Assembly: GCA_964270895.1 (NCBI GenBank)
Contig: OZ185440.1
Direction: 5' to 3' (one strand)
DNA length: 64,000 nt
From: Podarcis filfolensis
Lineage: Eukaryota
In this document: positions 1-12,991 of the stretch, piece after piece
Position numbering within the stretch: position 1 is the stretch's first letter
Layout of the letters: every line of letters begins with the position of its first letter
The notes under the pieces: model-generated
What the model was told of the DNA's origin: nothing
The model's input: the letters and a program-made list of their open reading frames with translations, nothing else
The model's database searches: none
Position numbers and translations under genes: made by a program

Positions 1-99
1 AGTAATACTGTGGCTGGTTCACGTGCAAATCATCACTGTGTACCTCATGAGCAAGCAAGAAGCAGCAGAACCCAAGACCTTCCAGAGAATGATTTGACA

Positions 100-242
100 C
101 AAGAGCCCTCTCTCCTCCTGTGGTTTCTAGAAACTGGTATTCAGAAGCACTACTATCTCTGATTGTGGAGGCAGAGCACAGCCATCACAACTAGTAGCCA
201 TTGATAGCTTTATCCCTTCATGAATTTGTTCAATCCTCTTTG
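100..242 (-). mobile_element. CR1 LINE 3' fragment
   Basis: Reverse strand encodes KRIEQIHEGIKLSMA-like decayed CR1 ORF2 end (GATAAAGCTATCAATGGCTACTAG), matching the 37385 copy. Confidence 0.55.
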
Positions 243-385
243 GAAGGTTCCAGAATGCCAAAGCCCCCAAATTCCCTGTGATGCTGAAATACTAAAAATG
301 TTCTAAGACGTAGGAATAACCCAGAGTTTTCCACAGAAGACTGCTAAAACTGCCTTCACCTATGTTTGGCAGTCCTGTAGCTTAC

Positions 386-482
386 CTGTAAAAAAATATC
401 ACATCTGGTAAGCCCACATTCTCTGCAGGGAAATAGTCAGGAAAAGAAGTGATGTTGTCCAGAGTGGTCTCCCTTGTTACTC
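386..482 (-). CDS. ELAPOR1: ELAPOR1 coding exon 17 (97 nt); gene continues beyond window start
   Basis: GVTRETTLDNITSFPDYFPAENVGLPDVIFFY(R); tag/gtaagc. No further exon found in 1-385. Confidence 0.95.
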
Positions 483-1166
483 CTACAAGTTAGAAGCAAA
501 CCAGTGAGAAGGACAGTGCACTGAGAAGACAGTGGACATTCCCAGGACCACCCCTCTCCCAAAACTGACTGTGCTAAAGAGCTTCACAGAGGATAATCCC
601 ATTTCAATTCTCTCTTCACTGCTTCCAGAAAACAGGCTTGTCTTGTTCATTGCTTTCCTCACAAATGCTGACCAGGGTCAGAGAAACAAGTGAGGCCTGT
701 TGTGCCTTTGGTTAGGCTCTGTTAGTGTGTGTGAGTGACCCAGGTTTAGCTATTGGATTGCCAGGTCTTGAAAAAAATAAAAATAAAATGACAATATATA
801 AAATAAAAGTAGATTGCCAATTCCTGGAAATAAAATATACTTTATTTTATGGGCCTGGAGGTGGTGCCAGTGATTTGAGGTAGAACAGAACCCAGTGCAA
901 AAAAAAAAAAAAAGTATTTCTCTAGCTATATACTTTTTTAAAAAAAAGAAGCAGCAAAAATTGGGAAATTGCTATGACTTTCCCTCCTTTGCTTTCCTGG
1001 GACCTGGACAGAAAGCAAAAAACACAGCTGAGGAGTGGGGAACTAAAGTTTAGTGGCACTGAGTAGTGTAGGGTTTTCATCAAAGTCGACTTTGTTTTAG
1101 ATGAAGGAGCCACACTGAACTCACTACTTTTCCATTCAGTTGTTTGACAGTGGAATGGACTCCCTT

Positions 1167-1311
1167 GGAACATGATGGACTCTCCTTCATCGGAGGTTTT
1201 TAAACAGATGTTGGATGGCCATCTGCCAGGGATTCCTTAGCTGTAATTCCTGCTTTGCAGGGAGTTGAGCTAGACAACCCTTTGGGTACCTTCCAGCTCT
1301 ATGATTCTATG
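1167..1311 (+). mobile_element. CR1 LINE 3' end
   Basis: ACTCTCCTTCATCGGAGGTTTTTAAACAGATGTTGGATGGCCATCTG... ending CTCTATGATTCTATGA (CR1 octamer tail). Confidence 0.8.
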
Positions 1312-1445
1312 ACTTATCTAGAAGGCATAATCAGGGATGTTCCTGTCACCTGAATCAGCACATGCAACTCCCCCAAAAGCCTCTATCAAACAGCAACCAG
1401 AGTCCTCTGTTCAAAGCACAGACTTATGCTCCCTGCAATTCTCAC

Positions 1446-1626
1446 CTACAAAGCGGTCTGCCAGGCTCACGGGTTGGGAAGACACCACTGATTTGTAAGC
1501 CATCACATCAGAGGGGACAATGATGGACTGGCATACATAGGAGGAAGTTGATTTGGAGAACTCTGTCTCTTTGCCCAGGATGTGCATGTCTGTGACGTTA
1601 TCCGTGCAGGTTGCCATTTTCCTTCC
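1446..1626 (-). CDS. ELAPOR1: ELAPOR1 coding exon 16 (181 nt)
   Basis: [13 protein letters not shown]...[31 protein letters not shown]; aag/gtgaga. Confidence 0.97.
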
Positions 1627-1650
1627 CTTCAGAGAATTGCAAGGGGGGTG

Positions 1651-1653
<3 letters not shown>

Positions 1654-1706
<53 letters not shown>
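1654..1706. repeat. (GA)n microsatellite
   Basis: Pure GA run; on the gene strand it is a (CT)n tract just upstream of the ELAPOR1 exon 16 acceptor. Confidence 0.95.
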
Positions 1707-1709
<3 letters not shown>

Positions 1710-2398
1710 GGCTGGATCCTTGTCTTTATAAATCCTGAAGTTCTTTTTAAAGGAACCATAGTAAGAGGACTCAGATGAACCCACCCTATTGCACTGAAAG
1801 CACGAGGAGGGTTTCAAAGCCTAGCACCAGCACCTCTGATCACCGCATTTTCCATTACCCATGCATGTTGGAAGGGCATCTATTTGTGTATCAATGTATG
1901 TGCGTAGAGCTCCCACATATAACAGGGGTGAGGAGTCTGGGATAAACGGACCCTGCTTTGCATGGAGAAGCTCTATGTACACACAAAGAGCCTATTCCGA
2001 AGAGTTCTGTATGCATGGGTAGGGTGTGTGGTCACCAGCTGTCATTGGTGGTGGGGATAAATCAATGATACTGTGACACACACACTTTCAGTGCACAGGG
2101 ATCTATTAACACCCATCCTTTCACAGGAGAGAAGGGCAGTTGCATCACGATAGTAAAACGTTTCCCTTAAGTTACAGATAAGAGACCTTCAAGAATTTGA
2201 GCTGTTTTGTTGCGGTGGTTCAGCTAGAGTAGCCAGGAGGATGGGATTCTGCTAAGGAAATGTTCTGCAGCTCCGGGGTGAGCATGGGTGCCTAGAAACT
2301 CTCTTCACATACGGGTGATTTGTACCATATAAGCCACTCTCACATGTTGGGGCCCTGCATAGAGGATGGGCTTCTCAGAAACCTCGCCACGTACTTAC

Positions 2399-2572
2399 AT
2401 GATTCCCACAGAGGCTGATGTTGAAGTGGTGAAAATACTTTAGCCCTTTGGTGGTAAAACTGGGCCCCACCAAAAAGGATGTGCTATTAGACAGTGCTGA
2501 GAAGTCATACTCCAGAGTCCTGCCGTCCGCGATGACTGAGAGGTGACAGTCACTGTAACAAAGAGAATGGAT
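2399..2572 (-). CDS. ELAPOR1: ELAPOR1 coding exon 15 (174 nt)
   Basis: IHSLCYSDC...GPSFTTKGLKYFHHFNISLCGNH; cag/gtaagt. Confidence 0.97.
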
Positions 2573-3358
2573 CTGGGGAGCAGAACATTTTTTTACAGTC
2601 AATTTATTTCCTCATAGAGGAGCTCAGAAATTGTCAGTGTCTCCAGCAGCATGTAAAACCCAAGTTTACTCTGAGAGGAAGGAGCCCAAATGTGGCTGAT
2701 TATTCTCAAGCTGGCCAGGTTTATAGTGCTCCAGAATCCCATAAGCTTCTGTTCACAGGAATCTCACTTGCCAATTTCCTCCAGGGAACCATGTGGATAA
2801 TTACACAAAACAGAGTATGTGGAGATGAACCGCTTAGCTGTTCTAGTGCCATTTCCATTTTGGCAGGAAATAACTTAATATTTCTGAGGAAAGACAAGCT
2901 TGGGTTTTTTTAAAAGCAAAACTCTGGGATGATTTGGTAAGGGAAGAATCCCTTTCAGTCTACAGGTTCCACATTTTCAATAAGAAAAATGCAAAAGTTT
3001 GTTAAGACAAAGTTTTCAGTTATATATCTTCTTTTTTAAGGATCTGGCCTCATGCATATCATGTCAGCGGGCAGGCTTTGCTAACTGGGTGGGATCTTGC
3101 CTGCCACTTCAAGTGGAACCTTCTCCGGCCAACAGGTCTGCAGTTTCTTGTGCATGCAGATTCTGTCTGTAATTTTGGATGAGGGGCGGTATACTAGTAC
3201 TAATATAATATACTGATACTGCCCTACTGCTGCTTATAATGGAAAGCCCTCTGCCAACTAAATTATTTATAAACTTAATGGGGTGCTTTTATTTAGCTAA
3301 CAGTGTAGATCATTGCAAATTGGCCAGAAACGATAGGCAGAAAGGAGGACAATATTAC

Positions 3359-3616
3359 CGGGTTGTTTTTTGTGCCGGGACCACAAGGGATGCAGGCCTG
3401 GCTGCCATAGGGCTGGTGAGCTTTCAGGTACGTGTTTGCTGCACACGGGTAGCAGCCCCCAGAGCTTCTGTCGATGTAGTGGCCGTGTGGGCAGGAAGTA
3501 CAGGACGAGCCCGAGGATTCCAGAGCGCACACCCGGCAGTATGATGCTACGCCTTCAATGACATTGGTCACATTGATAGAGTACAGCTTGGCAACATCGT
3601 TGGTGTATTTTCTTCC
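3359..3616 (-). CDS. ELAPOR1: ELAPOR1 coding exon 14 (258 nt)
   Basis: [33 protein letters not shown]...[14 protein letters not shown]; tag/gtaata. Confidence 0.97.
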
Positions 3617-3845
3617 CTAGAACGAAACACAGAAAGTGTCCATAGGGCCTTGGAGAGGTAGAAGCGTTTGATAAAGGGGAGGTGGGATGCTGCAGATGAG
3701 GATGGCGTGCCTATTCCTTGCTGGGACATCTTTGATTAGCAAGACACTAGAGTATCTCTGATTCCTGGCAAGGAACTCCCCATAAAAGGGATAACTGAGG
3801 AGCTGGCTGTGAACAGAAGGTTCCCCAGGAAGTGATAGTCCCTAC

Positions 3846-3983
3846 CGGCTCATGATATGCTGTTCTTTGGAAGGCCCATGTGAAGCTCATGGTGGCGTTC
3901 TTTTCAATGATGTAGGTGTAGGATTGCTTTCCTTTCGAGCCAATCCAGGTTTCCACAGGCGTGTTGGTTCTGGAATTGACACC
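3846..3983 (-). CDS. ELAPOR1: ELAPOR1 coding exon 13 (138 nt)
   Basis: [46 protein letters not shown]; tag/gtaggg. Confidence 0.97.
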
Positions 3984-4532
3984 CTACCAGAGATAAAGCA
4001 TGGGCCTAGTGAGTAAAGAGCAAGCAACACTTTCTACCTAAATAATTCTTTATTATTACAGATACAGATATTTCCGTAACTTGAGTATAAGCAGGGAAAT
4101 CATGCCAGGCAGATTGTGAGAGCCTTGGAATAGCCAACTGAAAAGAAGGGGAGGTGGGGCATTAGTGGGAAGGAAGCAGTTAAGAGGAAAGATGACACTG
4201 AAATTGGGGAAGAGAGGCTACAGTGACTAGGAGAGATTTTCTTTCGCGCCCATTGTAGCTCAAGAGAAGCTGATGTGGGCTGCAGATCAGAAAGCACAGG
4301 AAATTCAGAGCATCATTTGCAAAACCCAATAATACTCATTTTTTTTAACATTTTCACAAGTCTTTTTCATTTTGCACTGTGCATGATGAGTGGCCTTGCT
4401 ACCTGTCCAAAGTGTATCTCTGAACAAAATGTGCCTAGAATAGTTTTCCAGTTCTTACACTATTTTTATTAATAATATTAATGTTATCAATAATGCTGAT
4501 TTTTTAACATACCAACAGGTGGTATACCTATA

Positions 4533-5436
4533 CCGTATTTTTCGCTCTATAACACGCACCTGACCATAACACGCACATTGTTTTTAGAGGAGGAAAACAA
4601 GGGGGAAAAAATTCTGAATGAAACAGTGGATGTATTATTTTTGTGCTTCATGCTGTGGCCACAGACATGTGATCTGATGGTGAATTTGGGGTGACCCAAT
4701 GCAAAAATCCTGAGAATCCCTGTGGATCCATGCTTTGTAACCACGTTTTTGCACCATTGTGGCCCCAGGCAACAGTGGGTGCGTGATTTTTTTGGTGCAG
4801 GCTGTAGCCATGGACATGCTATGTGATCTGATGGTGAATTTGGGGTGACCCAATGCAAAGATCCTGAGGATCCATGTGGATCCATGCTTTGTAACTACAT
4901 TTTAAGTGGGGAGGGAAGGAAAAACACAGAAGGGACAAGGAGCATGAGTGGGGTGTGCAGAGAAGCAGCTGGCTAAGAATGCAGGAGACGGATTTAACGG
5001 GAGGGAGGAAAGAAAGGCAAAAGTTCCCCCCCCCAAGCCAGCCCTCTCTCTCTCTCCCCCTCTCTCCCACCTGCATGTTTTCTGGCTGCAGGGAGAAAGA
5101 GGAGCAGGGAGAGGAATTAGAAGGAAGGACGCTCTGCTTTCCCCTCTGCTTGCCTGGAGGGGAGGGGATTTGCCTGCTCTTTGTTCTGTTTGAGCAAACA
5201 CAGCAACAAAACACAAGCGGATGGGCAGTAAGACCCTGAGGCAGAATGCAGGAAAGCAGCAACTTCCTCTTTTCAGGTTTCCCTTCTCCGCAGGCGATTT
5301 GATTTTTGCCTGATTTTTGTTCCTGCGCTCGCCCTAGTCGGCTCCAGGGACCACACATTCGCTCAATAACACGCACAGACATTTCCCCTTCCCTTTTAGG
5401 AGAAAAAATCTGCGTGTTATAGAGAGAAGAATACGG
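4533..5436. mobile_element. Non-autonomous Tc1/mariner-superfamily (Tc2/pogo-like) DNA transposon
   Basis: 26-bp TIRs CCGTATTTTTCGCTCTATAACACGCA (24/26 match) flanked by TA at 4531-4532 and 5437-5438; no transposase ORF. Confidence 0.8.
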
Positions 5437-5746
5437 TATTTATTTTTCTCGCCGCCATGGTGGCATTTTGACACAGAGTCCTCACAGAGGTGTAACTACA
5501 GGATGCAAGTGGGCTATTGTACCTTTGAAAATATGCCCATAGGAACATATTGATTTCAGGTGAAAGTTTCCGGAATTGGGAAACAGCCAAGAGATTTGCC
5601 TCTTTTTCTAAACGCATCAACTACAGAGGAAGGAGGGGAATGTGCCTTCCACAGCCTGTTGTGCCTTGGGAGCACAAAACCCCAAGGCAAACCAAGCAAG
5701 AGAAAGCTTATCTGCTTTGGAGAGAGAAGAAGCTGGATCAACTTAC

Positions 5747-5852
5747 CACCATGAAATAAAGCTCACAACTCATACTGCAGATCGTTTCAAAGACGAATGT
5801 GATTCTTGCAATCTCTTTACTTTCGGAGTCCTCCATCACCGATTGTGGGGAA
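5747..5852 (-). CDS. ELAPOR1: ELAPOR1 coding exon 12 (106 nt)
   Basis: [35 protein letters not shown]; cag/gtaagt. Confidence 0.97.
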
Positions 5853-6363
5853 CTGCAAGAGAGCAAGCAAAACTCAGGGGGTATCTATTTGCTCAAGGTC
5901 TTGGTGAAAACACAGCAAGGACGGGAGATGGGAGTAGGAATGTCTGGAAACAGTCCACCTCAATTAGCAAGGCTTACTTCAGCAAGCCATGAATCTGAAA
6001 GTTTCCCTCAGCTTATGCTCTTGTTTAGAACACATTTGAAGAATCTGAGGTTGGCCAGTCCAATAAAATCAGCACTCTAGTCACAGGCATACATTGAAAG
6101 CATGGCTGTTTCCAGGACATGGCAAAAATCAGGCAGCTGCTGAGAGCTCATATATGTTTCAAGAATTTGTTAAACTGAAAAGCCAACTCAATCCCTCATT
6201 CATTCTTTCTGTTATTGTTCACCAATGGTGAGTTAAGGATTGTGGAAGAAGTAATGCAAGCAGCACACTCTTGAAGGGGAGAAGGTCCCACTGCTTGGAC
6301 TCAGTGCTCCTACTGCATTTTGGATGCATAGGCTTGCCATCGCCAGCTCAGCTACACACTCAC

Positions 6364-6454
6364 CTGAACCCAGGAATCACCAGTGTCAGTATCATGAAGT
6401 CATTGTCAGAGGCTCCTGCTGCTGTGTAGATGTAGTCACCAGCTACTTCCCACC
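6364..6454 (-). CDS. ELAPOR1: ELAPOR1 coding exon 11 (91 nt)
   Basis: [30 protein letters not shown]; cag/gtgagt. Confidence 0.97.
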
Positions 6455-6796
6455 CTGAAACAGCAAACAGAACACCATCTCCATTCAGTGAAAGGGCATT
6501 ACTTCAGTTGGATATCATTAAATACACAGCTCTATAAACACTTACATACTTCTTAGAGACACGGGAAGTCCAGTTGCCTGAGGCCAGAACTAGACAATTT
6601 AGCATGACGGCCGCTGAAAGCAGGCAGCCCCGTGTCTCTTTGATCTGGCAACATCTGACAGTACGAGTGGAATGAGAGTCACTGTGCTGTGAACTTCCCC
6701 ACTGCTTGCAGGGGCAAGAGACCTCACAATATGACAGTGCCCACCCATGCAAGAGCTGCCCCAACACCTCAGGTTAATATGTGCCCATGAAGATAC

Positions 6797-6925
6797 CTGC
6801 CATTCCCTTATATTCAAAACTGGTTCCACTGAGGACCGTCGTCTCCATGTTTGCCGGCAGCGTGTTCCACCATTTGTATTCAAAGCCTAGAGCCGGTTCA
6901 GTCCCAACGGTGCAGTTGATGCAAC
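6797..6925 (-). CDS. ELAPOR1: ELAPOR1 coding exon 10 (129 nt)
   Basis: [43 protein letters not shown]; cag/gtatct. Confidence 0.97.
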
Positions 6926-7804
6926 CTGAGAACAGAAGGAAGCAACATTACAATGCTGGAACTCGGGAGGAGGAATGAACTCCCATGTGGAAGGCCGTCA
7001 CTAGGTGGCTGGTGGGCGCTAGCAGCCCTTTCTGAAACAAAGAATGAGAATAACCTATATAGAGGCAGGCTTGGCAGCAACATGCTTCAGAGGTGTGCAC
7101 ATGTACATGCCTACTGAACATATACTGCACACATTTTTCAGGTGGAAAAATCCCCTTGGGCAGAGCTTTCCCACTTGATACGAAAGTGGCAAAATGGCCC
7201 GGTGTGGTCTAGCCACTATTTTGCGGTATCTTGAAATATGCTAGAAAAAAAGTGTTTTCCAGGACTTATACTGCTACCACAGGATAATACTACCTTGCAG
7301 GCCTTTACCAGGAGAGTCATTGCATATTGATTCTTCCATTTGCAAAAGTGGTTGGGTAAGCAAACCCTAAGAATAGGCTGGTAGCCGCCTCTGCAAATTA
7401 CCAATGAATTTCCTGATAGAAGGGGAGTGCCATATCATGCATTTTTGTTGTTGCTGTTTTTAATCAAGTAAGTGACAAAGAGGAGCTTTCTGTGTAAGGA
7501 CAAAGCAGCCAGTTCCATGAGCTGTATCCCACCTCACAACTCTGTTGCCATTGGCAAGAATGTGGAATTATCAGCAGCAACAAAGAATAGGAAAATGAAG
7601 AGCTCACACAAAGACTTGGCTCCTTTTTATGCCACCTCTGAACGCAGTAAGCATAAATAACATCAGCTCCAAATCAATAACTTCAGGTTCCCTGTATGCA
7701 TCCCCACTGACACTGCACAGGTTCCTATTCACTGAAACATTTTAAAGAAAGTAATTCATGTGACAATTTGGCCAGCCAAGAAGGAAAGAACAGAACAGCA
7801 TTAC

Positions 7805-7982
7805 CAGACCCATTTGAATATGATCCGTATGGGCAGGGCTCGCAGGAACTGGTGTTTGTCTTGAAAAAACCAGGATTGCAAGGTGGGCATGTAGTTTTTA
7901 TGCCAGAAGCAGGCAATTCTACAGAACCGGGGAGCTCCTCGCTGCAGATCTTTGGTTCTGCCCACTTATACATTAACTGAGT
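7805..7982 (-). CDS. ELAPOR1: ELAPOR1 coding exon 9 (178 nt)
   Basis: [59 protein letters not shown]; cag/gtaatg. Confidence 0.97.
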
Positions 7983-8904
7983 CTGTTGATATAAGAAAGA
8001 GATAGGAGCAAACATTTCTACACTTTAATCCACAAAAAGCTGTGCAATGCCTAGATATCTCTTTACATGAACGACAATTACACAGGCTCTCTGCCCATCT
8101 GCAAAAAGCATTATGAGGATATTCCAGGAAAGAAGCCCTGACATATTAGCTCCTCCTCCTTTTACTCCCAGGTGTTCTGAGTTCCCTCCCCAAGTTTAGT
8201 AATATACTGTCAGTATGAAATGGTCCACATGGGGGTGCTCTTTGCACACAGCAGTGATAAGAAGAGCCTTGCTTGAATTGACCCAACTACCCCAACATTC
8301 TGCTTTCACAGTGACCAGGTGCCAGTGCCGGCGTGATACATTTTGCCCCAGAGGGCAGGAGACCCCAAAGTCTGTCACTGCAAGCAATCCTGCACAGGCT
8401 TCATTCTCTGAGACAGGACACAAGGGGAGAAAGTGTTTCTCCCCTTTGTGTCCCATTTAGGCTTCCTTCTCTTGGTGGTGGCGGCATGATGATGGGAAGA
8501 ACAAGTTTCTCTCCTTCGTCCCTACACACCACCACCAAGAGAAGGAAGCCTGCAGGTTCATGCCACATCCCGCTGTAGCCACTTCTCTCTTCCTGAGGTA
8601 GACAAGGAGGTGAGGCCTTTCCAGAGCCACACACCTCTTCTAATAAGAAGAACCCAGCAGCAGTGGGTTCTGCTTATTAAAAGAGGTGGGTAGGCTTAGC
8701 CGGCCATGCCATCTTCAGGGCCTGGCTCCTTTATATTCCTGCGTGCTCACTTACTCCTTATGTCCCTGCTTATTAAGGCATGTACAATGCTTTGCAGTAC
8801 GGTCTTTTCCGTTAAAGGTAAGCTCTACGTCAAAAAGCTAAACAAGAAAATTTCACTATTTAAATGCCACCATCACAAACAAGGAAATCCAGAAGGTGAA
8901 TTAC

Positions 8905-8993
8905 CTCTCCATTGGTATCACAGGCTGTATGAGTATAAAAATAATCCTTATCTGTGCAAGCTGGGCGTGGCTTGCATGATGCTGAACCTGGTT
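8905..8993 (-). CDS. ELAPOR1: ELAPOR1 coding exon 8 (89 nt)
   Basis: [30 protein letters not shown]; aag/gtaatt. Confidence 0.96.
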
Positions 8994-9679
8994 CTTTATT
9001 GAAAAGAGGAAACAATGGTTAAAACCATGTGAAAGAATGAAAGAATCAATCTAGCAACAACTCAGCAGGAACTTCAGAAAGGTGCCATGCCCATCTCACA
9101 CACATGCCCATATTTTATCTCTGTGTAGCAGGTACTAATCATGGCTACCATAAATCTATTCAGTGTATTTAACCGGAGCAATGAGAAGGGCAGTCTGTGC
9201 ATGTGTGCAGATGTACAGGTCGTTTCAGGCTTCAGTTCCAACATTTGTTCTCCTAGAAATTGTTAGAAGTCATTTGCCTCGTATTTGCTTAAGACAATTG
9301 AATCTGATGGGAACAAAGAACACGTTTTTGTATTACGTTAAAGGAGCAGGCAGTTCCCAGCCTTTTTAGGGTAAGAAAAAGTGGCAGCAATTGATGAGAA
9401 AATTGCAGGGATTTTGCCCTGAAGATGGAGCATTTTGTCATTAAGTTGAATACTCTCTTCCCCATGGAGGAAAGGGGAAACCCAAGGTCCATTGTTTCCC
9501 CCTATAGTTTCCAGCAGCCTGGTAAAATGCTTCAAGCATAAGGTTTTGAAGCTGATCAAGTCAAAGTCTTCCTGCACGACAGCAACCAATCAAAATGCCG
9601 CAGTCTGACGTGCCAACTGCTGCCACTTCTTATAGGGGAACAGACAACACTGATACTGCACTCGCCAGATATGATGCAA

Positions 9680-9830
9680 GCCTGAGATAGCTAAGTTGGT
9701 AGAACATGAGACTCTTAATCTCAAGAGTCATGGGTTCAAGCCCCATGCTGGGCAAAAGATTGCTGCATTGCAGGGGGTTGGACTAAATGACCCTTGTGGT
9801 CCCTTCAAACTCTACAATTCTGTGATTCTA
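9680..9830 (+). mobile_element. tRNA(Lys)-derived SINE with CR1-type 3' tail
   Basis: Head resembles tRNA-Lys (GATAGCTAAGTTGGTAGAACATGAGACTCTTAATCTC..GGTTCAAGCCC); tail GGGGTTGGACTAAATGACC..ATTCTGTGATTCTA. Confidence 0.8.
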
Positions 9831-10715
9831 AGCAACCACAAAGAGGAATGAAACTGCTATGAGCCTGTAATTTGAAAGTAACTTTCCAAGTCTTTCTGCA
9901 AGGCAGAGTTCCATAGAACTGAGCAAATTATGCTGAAAGCATGAAGGCCCTAACAAAACATACCCCTCATTATGCAGAGAGCAATACATGAGAACGATGC
10001 CCCAAATCCAGCTGTGTAAAATTCCTCCAAAAACACAGAACTACGGATCAAAAATCTGCTTGAGACTTAGACCTACTTTCCATGGAGAGGATAAAAATGT
10101 GCCTACATTTAATGGGCTAGATCTTTCCAAACTTTCGTTTGGAGAATTCTCTGAAAAAGCTCAAGATTTCCCCAGTAATTTTCCAAAGCTCATACAGATC
10201 CAGCCTGGGCTAATTTCTCCACCGTTGCGAGTAATCTTGCTTGCCAGTCCCCACCCCGCAACTTTCTCAAACTTATCAAATGCCCAGGGAAGAAGGAAAA
10301 TGGCACCCAAGTGGGCATGGAAAAGCTGGGGGGGGGGTTCTCTATGCTTCAGCTTGCAATAATAAATGCTTCTAAGCATGCCAACACCCTCCAATGATGA
10401 AGGGAATTTAAATAACTGCACTTTTAAATGCCTCACTATCAATAAGGTAGGAGGAAGTTAAAACAATATGTCTTGGTGCTTGTGTTAATGGAAACTGCTT
10501 AGAAATAGCTTTTGGCAAGGATAGCTAATGGGCTGTCTCCCAGGAGCTCCCATCATCTTTGACCCACTGTCTATGCTGGTTTGGGCTGATTGAGGCTCAT
10601 CTGGGTGGGCACTACACTGGCTACTCCAGGCTTTTGGTTTCATCTTCACTTACTGTTCTCCCTCCTCTCCCCCTCAGTTTCACATGCTTGTGAATGTTAC
10701 TGGGAGAAAGAAAAT

Positions 10716-10716
<1 letters not shown>

Positions 10717-10758
<42 letters not shown>
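10717..10758. repeat. (GT)n microsatellite
   Basis: Direct reading. Confidence 0.95.
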
Positions 10759-10761
<3 letters not shown>

Positions 10762-11030
10762 TGATCAGAGGGTTGATGCCAAATCATTACAAGCCATAGC
10801 AAAATCAGTACCCAACACTGCAGACTTAGCCTCTTACAGAAACAGGGGAGAGAACATGGCTACATTAATTACATTTTTGAAGAGGAGAAAGGAGAGAAAT
10901 TAGTTTTTCTTCATCGGAGCAGGTGCAATGGGTTCTAAGCTGGCAGGAAGGTTTAGGTAGCATATTCAACTGAACTTGGAAGCTGGGCAAACAGCTGGGG
11001 ATACGGGATACTTTTGCTAAGTAAAGCTAT

Positions 11031-11210
11031 GGGAATAGACCATAGCTCAGTGGTACTGCCCCTGCCTTGCATACAGAAGGTCCCAAGTTCAATCCCCAGC
11101 ATCCCCAGGTAGGGCTGGGAGAGACTCCTGCCTGAAACCCTGGAGAGCCACTGTCAGTCAGTGTAGACAATATTGAGCAAGATGGACTCCATATAAAAGC
11201 AGCTTCCTAT
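11031..11210 (+). mobile_element. tRNA-derived SINE (Squam2-like)
   Basis: A box TAGCTCAGTGG, B box AAGTTCAATCCC, body GGGCTGGGAGAGACTCCTGCCTGAAACCCTGGAGAGCC, tail GCAGCTTCCTAT. Confidence 0.75.
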
Positions 11211-11271
11211 ACTCCAAAGTCATAAATCAGCCTCCTTCATAAGTTTTCTAATAATTAGCTAAGGTGCTTAC

Positions 11272-11421
11272 CTGAGTACATTGCTGGCTCGCACTGGTGG
11301 CAGGAAGTAGCTGTTTTGCTGGAGTAGGAGTTTGCTGGGCATGGCTGGCAGAAGGAAGAACCTAATTTGGCTGTGTAGGTGCCTGCCTTGCAGGGAAAGC
11401 ATTCAGAAGTGAAGGCTACTC
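11272..11421 (-). CDS. ELAPOR1: ELAPOR1 coding exon 7 (150 nt)
   Basis: [50 protein letters not shown]; tag/gtaagc. Confidence 0.97.
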
Positions 11422-11561
11422 CTAGGGAACAGGGGGGGAGGAAAGGGGTGAGGTTGGATAGCAGTGCAAGAGAGGAAAAAAAACCTTTTAGCCGCTGCTG
11501 GGCACAATGACAGCTTGCATAGTGGCATCAGACCCGAGACATGCACCAACCAAACACAAAC

Positions 11562-11667
11562 CTGTAATCTCAATGTTCCTCACCAACACAGGCTTGGGAG
11601 TTTTGGACCACACAGAGAAGGCTGTTGTTCTCCAAAACAGAACATTGTTGCCCTGACTCAGCTCCAC
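11562..11667 (-). CDS. ELAPOR1: ELAPOR1 coding exon 6 (106 nt)
   Basis: VELSQGNNVLFWRTTAFSVWSKTPKPVLVRNIEIT; cag/gtttgt. Confidence 0.96.
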
Positions 11668-11823
11668 CTGCAAATGTTCAAAGCACAGACAGTTCAAGTC
11701 CCAGCTGATACTGAAAGGCTGTACCATTTGGGACTTCAGTACTGAGTCCCAGAAACACACACAGGTCTCCTTCTCCAAGCCCCTGCTGGCCATAAGCACA
11801 GTTAAGGAGCTCTGTGCACTTAC

Positions 11824-11904
11824 AGTGTGCGTCTCCCACCCTTTCTCTGTGGTTCTCATCCATCGTGACTCCTCTACAGTTGGCTGGCACTGGTCATTCT
11901 GAAT
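11824..11904 (-). CDS. ELAPOR1: ELAPOR1 coding exon 5 (81 nt)
   Basis: IQNDQCQPTVEESRWMRTTEKGWETHT; cag/gtaagt. Confidence 0.97.
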
Positions 11905-12843
11905 CTGCAACAAATGAGAACCTGGGATGAGGATGCACGGGGTAAATAAGTTGATGTGTAGCAGTCGGCTTAAGATATCACAGCAAAATTAACATTTTTG
12001 CTGCTGGAGGGCAAAACTCTTTTGTAGGACCAAGTTCTAATGCTGTAGAGAGAATGTATGCATAGCTTTAAAGGCTGGAAAGGTAGGCTGCTGTAGGTTT
12101 TTCTGGGCTCCTACAAAGTACAAGATGGAGAAAGTACCCTAACTAATCCTCCAGCAGCAAACCTAGAGCACATTGTTCAGAGATTTTTAAGAAGTTAAAT
12201 GGTTTTGTGTCCATTTTGGCACTCAAGGCAACCATTCCTGTATCTACCCACTTTCTTAAAGCAGTGTAGAGGAAGAGCCACTTCTATGAAAGACATTGTG
12301 GTAAAATGCACCTCAATACACTTCAGAGTTGTTAAGTTATCTGAAGTGCACTTTAAAGAACACAGTGGTATATGTTAATGGTCCTGGAGATGGTATAAAT
12401 GTTGGGAAAGTCTTCTTGGCTACTGTATTGTAATGAATAGGGAGGAGAGGAGATGCCAAAGTAATAATGCTGTTGGTTTTAAATGAGCATCATTATCTTT
12501 GAAGCGCTAAAGAAGGGAAACCACTGTATCTTGAAAGGACTGCAAAAATAACTGCTGCCAAAATTCATTTGTCACCGGATGATGTCCAAGAAGGAACAGT
12601 TCAGTGGGAGGCTAAATGAATTGCCAGCAACACAAAAACGAACCTCCTTCCATGTTTTCTGGTTTAAATACCAGGAATCCTTGTCCTTGACTGCAACAAG
12701 ATGCAACATTCATTTTTCAGATAGGCCCAGAAAGTGAAAACTAGTGCAGAGGTGGTCATATAGGTAAAGACAGTGCCCAGAAGAAATCCTCCTTCACTTT
12801 GCATGCAATATTAGCAAGGTGGATTGAGTTATAGGAAACATAC

Positions 12844-12991
12844 AAAGAACTCAAAGACGATGCTGCTGTCTTGGTAGATATACTCAAAGGAGACGGTGCC
12901 AGATTGCTTCAGATTAACAGCATACACCAGAGTGGCTGTGCACTCATCTGTGTTGGAGGCAATGTAATCTCCCTTAAGACTCCACGTTGAC
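12844..12991 (-). CDS. ELAPOR1: ELAPOR1 coding exon 4 (148 nt)
   Basis: [49 protein letters not shown]; cag/gtatgt. Confidence 0.97.

Noticed and set aside
9680-9755. Possible tRNA-Lys gene
   Set aside because: Mismatched stems and direct continuation into a CR1-type tail indicate a SINE.
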